Below, piece by piece: positions 15,001 through 26,047 of a stretch of DNA of 64,000 bases. Positions within the stretch are counted from its first letter, which is position 1. Each line of letters starts with the position of its first letter. The translations under genes were made by a program, and so were the position numbers. Location: contig OZ024744.1 of NCBI GenBank assembly GCA_964016885.1, forward strand, positions 8,246,001 to 8,310,000. Reading direction: 5' to 3'. The notes beneath the pieces are model-generated. The model did not search any database, was not told the origin of the DNA, and saw only the letters and a list, made by a program, of their open reading frames with translations. This stretch comes from Eledone cirrhosa (taxonomy: Eukaryota).

Positions 15001-17625
15001 TTTGTAGTATTGGTAGAGGGTCAGACAGCATGTTAGCATGGTGGATTGGTAGTATTGGTAGAGGGTGTGACACCATACTAGGGTGGTAGATTGGTAGTAT
15101 TGGAAGAGGGTGTGTCACCATGGTAGGCTGGTGGATTGGTAGTATTGGTAGAGGGTGTGACACCATACTAGTGTGGTGGATTGGTAGTATTGTTAGAGGG
15201 TTTGACACCATACTAGGGTGGTGGATTGGTAGTATAGGTAGAGGTTTTGATACCATACTATGGTGGTGGATTTGTAGTATTGGTAGAGGGTGTGACAACA
15301 TACTAGGGTGGTAGATTGGTAGTATAGGTAGAGGGTGTGACACCATACTAGGGTGGTGGATTGGTAGTATATGTAGAGGGTGTGACACCATACTAGGGTG
15401 GTAGATTGGTAGTAGTGGTAGGGGACCTGACACCATACTAGGGTGGTGGATTGGTAGTGTAGGTAGAGGGTGTGACACCATGTTAGGGTGGTGGATTGGT
15501 AGTATAGGTAGTGGGTGTGACACCATACTAGGGTGGTAGATTGTTAGTATTGGTAGAGATTGTGACACCATACTAGGGTGGTGGATTGACAGTATTGGTA
15601 GAGGGTGTGACACCATGCTAGGGTGGTGGATTGGTAGTATAGGTAGAGGGTGTGACAACATGTTAGGCTGGTGGTTGGTAGTATTGGTAGAGGATGTGAC
15701 ACCAAACTAGGGTGGTGGATTGGTAGTATAGGTAGAGGGTGTGACACCATACTAGGTGGTGGATTGGTAGTATAGGTAGAGGGTGTGAAACCATACTAGG
15801 GTGGTGGATTGGTAGAGGGGGTGACACCATACTAGAGTGGTGGATTGGCAGTATAGGTAGAGGGTCTGACACCATACCAGGATGGTGGATTGGTAGTATA
15901 GGTAGAGAGTGTGACACCATACTAGGGTGGTGGATTGGTAGTATTGGTAGAGGATGTGACACCATACTAGGTTGGTGGATTGGTAGTATAGTTAGAGGGT
16001 GTGACACCATACTAGGGTGGTGGATTGGTAGTATAGGTAGAGGGTGTGACACCATGTTAGGGTGGTGGATTGGTAGTATTTGTAGAGGGTGTGACACCAT
16101 ACTAGGGTGGTGGATTGGTAGTATAGGTAGAGGGTGTGACACCATACTAGGGTGGTAGATTGGTAGTATTGGTAGAGGGTGTGTCACCATACTAGGGTGG
16201 TGGATTGGTAGTATTGGTAGAGGGTGTGACACCATGTTAGGGTGGTGGATTGGTAGTATAGGTAGAGGGTGTGACACCATACTAGGGTGGTGGATTGGTA
16301 GTATAGGTAGAGGGTGTGCCAGCATACTAGGGTGGTGGATTGGTAGTGTTGGTACTGGGTGTGACACCACACCAGGGTGGTAGATTGGTAGTATTGGTAG
16401 AGGGTGTGACACTATACTAGGGTGGTGGATTGGTAGTATTGGTAGAGGGTGTGACACCATACCACGGTGGTGGATTGGTAGTATAGGTAGAGGGTTTGAT
16501 ACTATACTAGGGTGGTGGATTGACAGTATAGGTAGAGGGTGCGACACCATACTAGGGTGGTGGATTGCTAGTATACGTAGAGGGTTTGATACCATACTAG
16601 GGTGGTGGATTGACAGTATAGGTAGAGGGTGCGACACCATACTAGGGTGATGGATTGCTAGTATAGGTAGAGGGTGTGACACCATACTAGGGTGGTGGAT
16701 TGTTATTATTGGTAGAGAGCGTGACACCATACTAGGGTGGTGGATTGGCAGTATAGTTAGAGGGTGTGACACCGTGTTAGGGTGGTGGATTGACAGTATA
16801 GGTAGAGGGTGTGACACCATACTAGGGTGTAGGATTGGTAGTATAGGTAGAGAGTGTGACACCATACTAGGGTGGTGGATTGGTAGTATAGGTAGAGGGT
16901 GTGACACCATACTAGGGTGGTGGTGTGACAGTATATGTAGAGGGTGTGACACCATGTTAGGGTGGTGGATTGGCAGTATAGGTAGAGGGTGTGACACCAT
17001 ACTAGGGCGGTAGATTGACAGTATTGTTAGAGGGTGTGACACCATACTAGTATGGTGGATTGGTAGTATTGGTAGAGGGTGTGACACCATACCAGGTGGT
17101 GGATTGGTAGTATTGGTAGAGGGTGTGACACCATACTAGTATGGTGGATTGGTAGTATAGGTAGAGGGTGTGACACCATACTAGGTTGGTGGATTGGTAG
17201 TATTGGTAGAGGGTGTGACACCATGTTAGGGTGGTGGATCGGTAGTATAGATAGAGGGTGTGACAGCATACTAGGGTGGTGGATTGGTAGTATTGGTAGA
17301 GGGTGTGACACCATACTAGGGTGGTGGATTGGTAGTATTGGTAGAGGGTGTGACAGCATACTAGGGTGGTGGATTGGTAGTATTGGTAGAGGGTGTGACA
17401 CCATACTAGGGTGGTGGATTGGTAGTATTGGTAGAGGGTGTGACACCATACTAGGGTGGTGGATTGGTAGTATAGGTAGAGTGTGTGACACCATACTAGG
17501 GTGGTGGATTGGTAGTATAGGTAGAGGGTGTGACACCATACAGGGTGGTGGATTGGTAGAATTGGTAGAGGGTGTGACACCATACTAGGGTGGTGGATCG
17601 GTAGTATTGGTAGAGGGTGTGACAG
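1..17625. repeat. 45-bp satellite array (~390 monomers), consensus ~TAGGGTGGTGGATTGGTAGTAT(A/T)GGTAGAGGGTGTGACACCATAC; runs off the left edge
   Basis: Directly visible tandem 45-mer with point variants and occasional 44-, 46- or 36-bp units. The ORF track shows the 15-aa periodicity (MVSHPLPILPIHHPS). Confidence 0.98.
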
Positions 17626-17773
17626 TATGCTTTGCAGAATAGAGTTACGGCCCTTTATGATCTGAGTTTAAAATCCACCGAGGTTAACTTTGCCTTTCAT
17701 CGATAAAATGATGTACCAGGAATACACTTTGATAATTGCTGGCCTTGTGCCAAAAGTAGAAACAATTATTATT
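17589..17773 (+). mobile_element. tRNA-derived SINE copy terminating the satellite
   Basis: The last monomer continues into the SINE body (…GAGGTTAACTTTGCCTTTCAT…GCTGGCCTTGTGCCAAAAGTAGAAACAATTATTATT), matching copies at 33442 and 46665. Confidence 0.9.
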
Positions 17774-17825
17774 ACTGTATATCATCTAATTAACCACATT
17801 AACCACAAGGAAACATGTATTTGAT

Positions 17826-17827
<2 letters not shown>

Positions 17828-17896
<69 letters not shown>

Positions 17897-17900
17897 TATA
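17828..17900. repeat. (TA)n microsatellite
   Basis: Direct. Confidence 0.95.
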
Positions 17901-18045
17901 TGTGTGTATATCCATCAAATACATGTTTGTCACTCTCCCCCCCCCCCCCCACACACACACTCTTATGCGTGAAACTAAAAACCAGATCATTTGTACTGCC
18001 TCTCCGTTTTTTTGTTCTCTGTTCATTTATTCAACTATATATATA

Positions 18046-18589
18046 CTAGCAGATTTACCCAGCGTTGTCCGGCGTTTGAAATTATACTAAGACTATACAG
18101 CTAGGAAGTAAAAGAAGAACATTATTTGTCCCCAACCTGTCAAAATAAGCAGAAATCTTCAATAATTAATGCAAACAAATATTTAGTGCAATCTTTGTAC
18201 ACATAAAACTATGCTGATAATGAAGGAAAACACTGAACAGGATGTAGTTATACAAATGATTAAAGACAATACACGCTGCAAATCTGTAAAAAAACAGGCA
18301 ATTCCAGCGACGGACAGAGTTTGACCTTGCGACTTGTTTATGGACATCGCAAAGGCAACACGAAGGGGAAATTGGATTTGGAGAAAGAAAAAATAATTTT
18401 GCTATCGATTTTTTATTGCTTAACGTGTGTCTATTTGAAAGATTTTTGTGATGTGATCATCATAGCGACAGGTGCAATGTGCACAGAAAATTTGGTCAAA
18501 TTCAGTTGGGAATTGTAAAAGCCTTAGCGGTCCAAAATTGTCCACACAAACACACACACACTAATCCTCGCTTTTATATATATAGAAGA
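18046..18589 (-). mobile_element. Non-autonomous Helitron-like element
   Basis: Minus strand starts TC(TTCTATATATATAAAAGCG) and ends with an imperfect hairpin CCGGACAACGCTGG about 10 nt before a terminal CTAG. It sits between A and T with no TSD, the canonical Helitron termini. Confidence 0.65.
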
Positions 18590-18593
18590 TATC

Positions 18594-18668
18594 TTGGCTG
18601 CACTTTCTGATTGCATTCGTTGGCTTAGCTGCAGCTCGTGCTTCGACTATGCTGTACTTCCATTTGTA
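18594..18668. repeat. Partial copy of an unclassified ~200-bp dispersed repeat
   Basis: GATTGCATTCGTTGGCTTAGCTGC…ATGCTGTACTTCCATTT shared with 19345-19415 and 54420-54492. Confidence 0.8.
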
Positions 18669-19038
18669 TTATTATCCTAGACCTAATGATCAATTGATTA
18701 ATTTAATTAGACAATTCTATTGATTGGTTAATTATTTATGTTTGTTTAATAACGATCTGGTTGAGTGCTTAATTCGGTTTGTCTATAGAACTTATTCCTT
18801 TGCTCAAAGTTTGAATTTGACTGCCAAAAACCGGGTGTTATCTCCCTTTGGAGAAACATGTGCTTACTCACAACCGGCATGGCGTCTGAACAGAAGCCTG
18901 TTGAGAAAGTAAATCCTCTGTACGATCTTCCAAAACCCACAACTTGCATACCCCCGCGAGTGGATTTTGTAGATTTCGGATTTACAGAAACCTAACGGAG
19001 ATATTGTAAATTATCGACGCGATGGTCCAGAGGTTTGT

Positions 19039-19205
<167 letters not shown>

Positions 19206-19417
19206 ATTTTTTCTCGCAAGTCAATTCTTTAGTTGCTACAGACCACGCAGCTGAATTACCGGTCGCTCTCTTCAATTTGAAAATCCGTTTAAACGTAAAA
19301 CGTAATGTTATTACTCTAAGGTTTTTATACCTTATCGAGTGCTTGGCTGTACTTTCGGATTGCATTCGTTGGCTTAGCTGCGGCTCGTGCTTCGATTATG
19401 CTGTACTTCCATTTTTT
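19206..19417. repeat. Unclassified ~200-bp dispersed repeat
   Basis: Colinear similarity to 54293-54492 across its length; flanked by TA/TG microsatellites. Confidence 0.8.
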
Positions 19418-19489
19418 TATATATATATATATATATATACACTCATTCGCTCCTAATATTATACTGAAATTCAGAAACATCACCAAAAA

Positions 19490-19641
19490 CAGCACCACCA
19501 CCAATTTTCGTGGTGATGGTGTTTGTAGTGGTGGTGATGGTAATGGTAATGTTGGGATGACACTACTATCACTACTATTACCACCAGCACCAGCACCACC
19601 ACCACCACCACTACCAACACCACACCAACAACAACAAAAAC

Positions 19642-19679
<38 letters not shown>

Positions 19680-19692
19680 GCCACTACTACAT
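19490..19692. repeat. ACC/AAC/ACT trinucleotide low-complexity tract
   Basis: Direct. Confidence 0.85.
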
Positions 19693-20699
19693 CTTCTTCA
19701 GAAATTAGTGCATGTTTTAGGTTTTTATTTTTTCAAAGATTTACTTTTGAATAAAAGTTAACGTAAAATGGAGTATTTTTAACTTTGTTTTCTGTGTTTT
19801 CTTTGAATGTAATTTATATTTAATACAAATTGCAATTTTGTTAATTTAAAGATCTTTGAAATTAAGCTGTCAAAAGATGATTTTAGTCAGATTTATTTCT
19901 AATAGTTTAAACTCGGCCGCAGTGCAACACAAGCACCTAGAAACATCAATGAAATGTTAATGAACGTAGCCTTTCAAAATTATATCATGTTGAATTTACA
20001 CTTGAAGGTAATTATAGTTGCCAACGTCCTTCTGCCATTGACGACGAAGAATTGAAGGTTTGCAAGAGAGCTAAATGCATGAATTGGAACAATTACTGAA
20101 GATTTGAATCGAATTCGAAAGTTAAAGAAAGTTAAATACGATTTGAAAAAAACAAAAACAAAACAGGAAAATTTACCATTTTGAAGTCTTCTCATCGCTT
20201 TTTTTTTGCACAACAAAGACGTCCGATTACTTGGTTACGTTGCGGGCTGCTAGGAAACGTCAATACTATACAACAACCGATGATAGTGTTTGGACTGAAA
20301 TGAAGCTCCTAAACACTTCCTAAAGCGTTCTGAATCCTGGCGAAACAACCACAGGAGAGAAGCGTCCTAATGAAACCGGGGAAATTGATAAAAATTTACA
20401 GCGTATGTATCCAACTTTTGTCAATAGAAACGTTTGACCGTAAAGGGTGAGCATAAAGTATTTCCCTGATTATAAACCTTTATTAAGCAAAACATAAAAC
20501 ATATATAAATTATATATAAATTAAAAGAAATAAAAAGTCCAATATCAAATAATATCCGAGATATGGTATTTTAAAACAAGGGAAATATTTTATGTTCATC
20601 CTGTATATAAGACAATCAATGTTCTAGATGTATATCTAATTGGGCTGCGAAATTCTGCCTCATCTAGCATACTCAACAGATCTTTTACCGACCAATTGA

Positions 20700-23452
20700 C
20701 ACTAGCCCTCTATAGAACGCCGAGGTGGATGTTCCACCGATACCAGTACCCAGCTGGTAGAGGGCGGTGAGCGCTTGGAGACATTCCAGCTTCCAAGCGT
20801 AATCCCTTGGTCTTTTCGTGATCCAGGACTGCAGCTCCGTCAAGGAGACGAGCTGGGGAAAAGTGCGCCTGGCAAACGGCGACCACATCTGATCACAGTC
20901 AAGGAAGCACCAGAGATGTCGCAGCCTCAGCGCATGTTTGCGCATTATCAGCCACGCCACGCCTAGTCCTCCATGCAACGGGTGTTGACAGAAAATGGAT
21001 CGTGTGACCATGGGAGCATGTCCCTTCCACAAAAAACGGAAGAGAAGGCGCTCCATTTTGGTCAGAGTTGGGAGGGGGCAGGGTATTACGATCAGGCGGT
21101 AGCAGATGACGGACGCTATGTACGCATTCGCCACCTCCGCCCGACCTTTCAGAGACAGCCTCCTCTATACCCATTTCTGGGTGAGAGAGACCACCCTGCT
21201 TGTCACATCGCTCCAGTTTTTCTCCACTTGGAGGTCCGGACCGAACCAGAACCCGAGCAATTTAACCGGTCCTTCCGTCCAGCGCCTGTCGGACGGCATG
21301 GACTTGCCTCTCCAAGTGCCGAGTTGCAAGTCCAACGACATTTCCTGGTTTATCTTTGCTCCTGTCACCGCTTTGCATTCCTTGAGAGCGGTGCCGAGCA
21401 TCTGGACGTGATTGGTGCTCGACACCACCACGGCGACGTCGTCGGCGCAAGCCGACACGGATCTCCCGCATCCCAGTTCGCGTGGGACCCCCTCACCGTC
21501 TCCAATTTGTGCAGTAACGGCAGTAACGAGGGACGAGAGAGGGCAACCATGGTGAACCGAGCGCATGATGCTGAAAGGCTGCGACAGGTGAAAGTTCCCC
21601 CTCATAATCGAGCAGACGTCGCTGTGCATCACAGCGATCCGGCCCCTAAAAAAGTGCCCGAACCGGCCGCCCCGACGACCGCAGCCAGGTACCGATGGTC
21701 GAACCTACCAAATGCTTTAGATTGATCAAAGATGATCAGGGCCCCACACGTGCCAGGTTCCTTAATCACCCTCTCTATGATGTATCGCATGAGGTGGAGG
21801 TTGTCGTGGATGGATCTGTCCGGAATGGCGCATGTCTGCGCCTCTCCCACCAGATCACCGACGACAACCGCCAATATCTTTGCTAACACCTTGGCCAAAA
21901 TCATAAACTTTGCGTTTAGCAGAGTTATGGGCCTGATGTTGTCTATAACGTCCCCTTTGTTCGGGTCTTTTCTCAGCAGCACCATCGCTCCTCAGCTCAC
22001 AAAACTGGGAATGCTCCCGTTCTGCTGCCTGTTGCAGTAGACGTCTGCCAAGAGGTCACCGAACAAGTCTGGCATAAATGCATAAAGCTCGTAGGGCAGA
22101 CCATCCAAACCTGGCGATTTACCCCTCGGGCACTCAGACATCGCTTCCCGTATTTCATTGGCTGTTATTGTCTTTTCGCAGCACTGTGCTGCGGTTGTCG
22201 AGAGCCGCGGCAGTGCGTCGAGGTATGCACCGAAGTCCATACTCGGATCCGGCCCGCCGCCGCTCCCGAACAATTGAGCAAAGTGCTGCTGAAAAGCCGC
22301 ACACATCTGCTCGGGTTGGAGCAACATGCGCCCTTTTTGTTCAAGCAAAGACCGTATTGTGGACTTGTTGCCACGTCGCGCCTCCACCACCCGGGCCCAT
22401 TGAACGGCTTCGTCCCCTCGTGCCCTAGAGCGCGCGCTCTAGCTCTGGCAACGCAGCCTTCATGCTTTGCGTTGAAGAATTGGTCGAGTGCCAATCTCGC
22501 CGCAAGCACGTCGGTTGTGATGCCTGTCCTAAACGCCTCTTCTAGCTTTCTAACTAACTTTCCCTCTACTCTATTTTCCTCTATCACTACTCCTTTGCTA
22601 AACCTTATCGATTCTACGTTAATTGCCCTTTTCAGGGTAAACCACCACCTGTTGTTGACGATCGCATCCGTCAACGCACGCTTAACTAATTCGCTAATCC
22701 GGTCTCTGTAAGCTTTGCGCGCTGGGAACGACGCTTTCAGCTTCCAGTAGCCGGGCCTTGCCTATGGAGTCTATCTAAGTCAACTTCACAGATCACAAAT
22801 TTGTGGTCCGTGTACTCCACTACTTTAAATTGTGGACAAGCTACACTAGCCTATCTGTTTCCCTACAGAATACCCTATCTAAATACGATCTGGATGAGCC
22901 GATGCGGTTTGCCCATGTCCACATTGGCACATTCGGATAATCCAGTCTATACCTGTCAGACAGTTCAACACCCTACTGCCCTGTCTATTATCCTCACACA
23001 ATCCCAGCGTGCATCCAAGATACCGTTCCAGTCGCCCACTAACAATAATGAGCGGGACGTTCCAAGAAAGGTCTCTAGACGTCTGAAGAAATCTGGACGT
23101 CCTGCCCCTGTTGGAGCGTAGACGGCTACTAGCCTGAAAGCATTGCCTTCGCTGCTGGTCACGTCCAGGACCACCGACTTACCTTCTCGGTCCAGGAAAA
23201 TGGCGACGTATGGCGAGATCAAAGCGTCTCCGAAAAAGGATGCACCCCATCTCCCCGATCCTGGACGGCTGGGAGATGCGTATACATCGTAGCCGCCGAA
23301 GATCGGTGCGAAGACTCCTGCTTCTGAGATTCTTGTCTCGCTGATGGCCACCACATCTATGTTTAGTGACCTGAGGTCGTTGAGCAGGTGGCCCTGCTTT
23401 CAAGATGACCCCAAAACACGTACATTTATATTGCCTTACTAAGTAAGGCCAT
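20700..23452 (-). pseudogene. ORF2 (APE endonuclease-reverse transcriptase) of copy A, disrupted
   Basis: ORF fragments 22965-23354, 22165-22674, 21992-22390, 21629-21985, 21165-21632 and 20685-21134 are colinear with copies D and F. Confidence 0.9.
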
Positions 23453-23487
23453 AATGGATGAGGAATGGAGTACATGAGAAAGGATCA

Positions 23488-25470
23488 CTTACCTTGATCG
23501 TGTGGTGAAGGGACAGTAGAACCGTCTATTTGGCTGGTCATGGGTGTTTCCAAGAGGATGTCAGTGTATATCCTCTTGGTAACCGTCCCTCTGAAGTCTC
23601 CAACTGCGTTGGTGAATTATGTTTTAAAGGTTTGTACTGTTCTATTGAGATTTCAATGATGCTTATGTTTGTCGGGAGAGTTCTTGGTGTTGGTGGGGTG
23701 TAGTAGTTTTTTACTGTGATGTCTGTGTGCTGCTTTATATATTGTAAGAGTTCTTTATTTGCCATGTTTATGGCTGTGTACTTTTTTTGGGGGGAGGGGC
23801 GATTTTGTTGCTGTTTTCTTTTTGTTGCTGTTGGGTGTGTGTGTTTTGTTGTGTTTGCGATGTTGGTGTTTATGGTGATGCTGGTGGTCGTGTGGTTGTT
23901 GTTGGTAGTGATGCTTGTGGTGGTGATGGTGGTGGTGTAGCTGCAAGTCTGCTTGCTGCCTTTACCCCTCTTTGTCTGCTTTGGCTTTTGGAGGGTGAAG
24001 CGAAGGAGTTTTTCTTTTTTTCTTTTTTTGGCAGACCGTTTGTCACTTCCCTCCCGCCTCACACTCAATGTCGGACCCCGCGACGTCCGGAAGGAGCATG
24101 AGGTCCACTGCTGTTGGTGGTGGTAGTGGAGCCCGCTCCGGCGATTTTACCGCCGACGTAGCTACTGCGACTGTTGGTGTTGCCGCCACTGCTGCCGCTG
24201 TTTTAGTTGTCCATGGCCTTGGTATGGGTGCCACAGACGTTGCGCTCCTACTCACCACGGAACGGTCTTCTGTCTCTGTTGCCTGCCCTGAACTTGGTAG
24301 CAGTGGATCAGGCGTCGGAAGGAGGGGGGCCCTCTTCTTGGATGTCTTCTGCAGGCAGAAGGCCCTGAGGTGATCCTTCTGCCCACAGAGATAGCACTTT
24401 GGGCGCCTTCCTTCCACGATTATAAGGAGATGGAGCTCTTCTTCGAGGTCTTTGAGGTCTGGGATGGCCACGATGTTCTCCTGGTCAGTATGTATTAGCA
24501 TTTGCATGCCTATTCCTGACCAGTTCTCTCTTCCCATTCTCTGTATTTGTAGTATGGTGGTCTTCTCCTCGATTCCAGCCAGTACAGACGCCGCCAGCCA
24601 AGGTATGGGCACGTCGGGCGGGAGGTGGGTCACTTTGACTCCCACAATTTTCTGCCCGCAGTTGGAGGGCACCAAGACTAACTCATCGCTCTTTAGGGTT
24701 TCCAAAGAGTGAGACTTCGCCTCTTGGGGGGTGGCGAAAAGTACGTCTACTGTGCGGTACTTTTTACCTCGGGTGATGTGGGTTTTGCGCGCCCAGGCGC
24801 ACCCCAAGGGGTTTTGGATTTGAGCCTCCGTGGCATTCTCCACCTGATGCGACATTTTGCTTACGGTGCGGTAAGTCACCGTGCGCAGCTGCTGGTCTTT
24901 GACGAAATCGGGTGGAGGTTTCAGGGAAACTCTATTGTCATTTCTTGTCACCATGGGTCTTGTAACTGCCATCTCCTCCTCCGTGACTAGCACTGTCTCT
25001 ATATTTCGGGCCACATCTGCAAAAGAAGTGGCCCCTTTTTCAGCGGTACCATTATTGCTGCCGCTACTGCTGCTATTGGTCTTGTTGTTGGTGTTGTTGC
25101 TGTTGCTACTGCTACAAACGGTGTTGGTGTTGTTGTTATCACTGTTGTAGTTGGTTGTGTTTTTGGTGCCACCGTTGTTGTTGTTTTCGGTGCAATTTGT
25201 ATTGTTGTTGTTGGTGTTGTCGTTGTTTATTTTCTTGTTAGTGGTGTTAATATCGTTGTTACATTTGTTGTCATTTTCTTCTGTTGTCTGTATTTTGGTT
25301 GTCGCTGTTATTGTTGTAGTTGGTGTCGTAATTCTTTCAAAATTAGTTTCTCAGTTGTTCACGTTGTTTGTGGTGGTGTCTGTTGTAGGAATTTCACTAA
25401 CCCTCCTCTCAACTTTTACGCCGTTGTCAGACGACACCAGACATATTTTTTGGGGGCGTGGCTCAGGCAT
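23488..25470 (-). pseudogene. ORF1 of copy A: Asn/Thr-rich N-terminus, core, CCHC knuckle, Pro/Thr-rich tail
   Basis: ATG at 25470 (MPEPRPQKIC…); ORF 24043-25014 contains CYLCGQKDHLRAFC (CX2CX4HX4C). Confidence 0.8.
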
Positions 25471-25664
25471 GTCTTTTTTTAAATAATTTTTTTAAACGTA
25501 AAATATTCAAATATTTAGGCCAAAAGGCGCACATATACTTTCCCCTTCACAAGCCAAAGTCTAAGGGCTTATATCCCTTAAACAACAAGACATATTTAAC
25601 AACTAATTTTAACAGATAAATAAAGCGACTTACTGGGAGCGAGCAAAAAGCGTCCGAACAGAAC

Positions 25665-25863
25665 AATAATAATAATAATTGTTTCTACGTTTTGGCACAA
25701 GGCCAGCAATCCACCAGTGTATTACTGGTACTTTATTTTATCGACCCCGTAAGGATGAAAGGCAAAGTTAATCTCGGTGGGATTTGAACTCAGAATGGCA
25801 TGGGCCGTAACTCTATGTTAGAAAGTATGGAATCCGACCCTCTACCGATACTGCCAATCCATC
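25665..25863 (-). mobile_element. tRNA-derived SINE
   Basis: Reverse complement reads TGGATTGGCAGTATCGGTAGAGGGTCGG (A box) … GAGTTCAAATCCC (B box) … GGCCTTGTGCCAAAACGTAGAAACA(ATT)n. Confidence 0.92.
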
Positions 25864-26046
25864 AATAATTGTTTCTACTTTAGGCACAAGGCCAGCAATA
25901 ACCCAGTGCATTACTGGTACTTTATTTTATCGACCCCGTAAGGATGAAAGGCAAAGTTAACCTTGGCGGGATTTGAACTCAGAATGGCAAGGGCCGTAAC
26001 TCTATGCGTCAAAGCATGCGTCCGACCCTCTACGATACTGCCAAAC
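25864..26046 (-). mobile_element. tRNA-derived SINE, tandem upstream of the previous copy
   Basis: Same body, with a short ATT tail abutting the head of the next SINE. Confidence 0.92.
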
Positions 26047-26047
26047 G

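Larger units (their letters stand above)
20700..25664 (-). mobile_element. Tx1-clade non-LTR retrotransposon copy A (5'UTR + ORF1 + ORF2, 3'-truncated, decayed)
   Basis: APE motifs (VAISETR, VAVYAP, GDWN), RT motifs (PGLDG, RPITLLN, DQSKAF, GCPLS, CADD) and an ORF1 zinc knuckle; frameshifts and stops present. Confidence 0.92.

Noticed and set aside
436-17588. Long His/Pro-rich ORFs (up to 670 aa) and WWIGSIGRGCDTILG ORFs
   Set aside because: By-product of a 45-bp (3n) monomer with several stop-poor frames; frequent 44/46-bp units shift frames freely; no unique termini.
1-17625. CRISPR-like array or telomeric array (TTAGGG/CTAGGG in monomers)
   Set aside because: No unique spacers and no cas genes; eukaryotic context. 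TTAGGG occurs singly per variant monomer and is explained by the SINE head, and the G-rich strand points away from the open left end.
20400-20690. CCGTAAAGGGT resembling a piggyBac-type terminus
   Set aside because: No TTAA and no matching partner TIR found.
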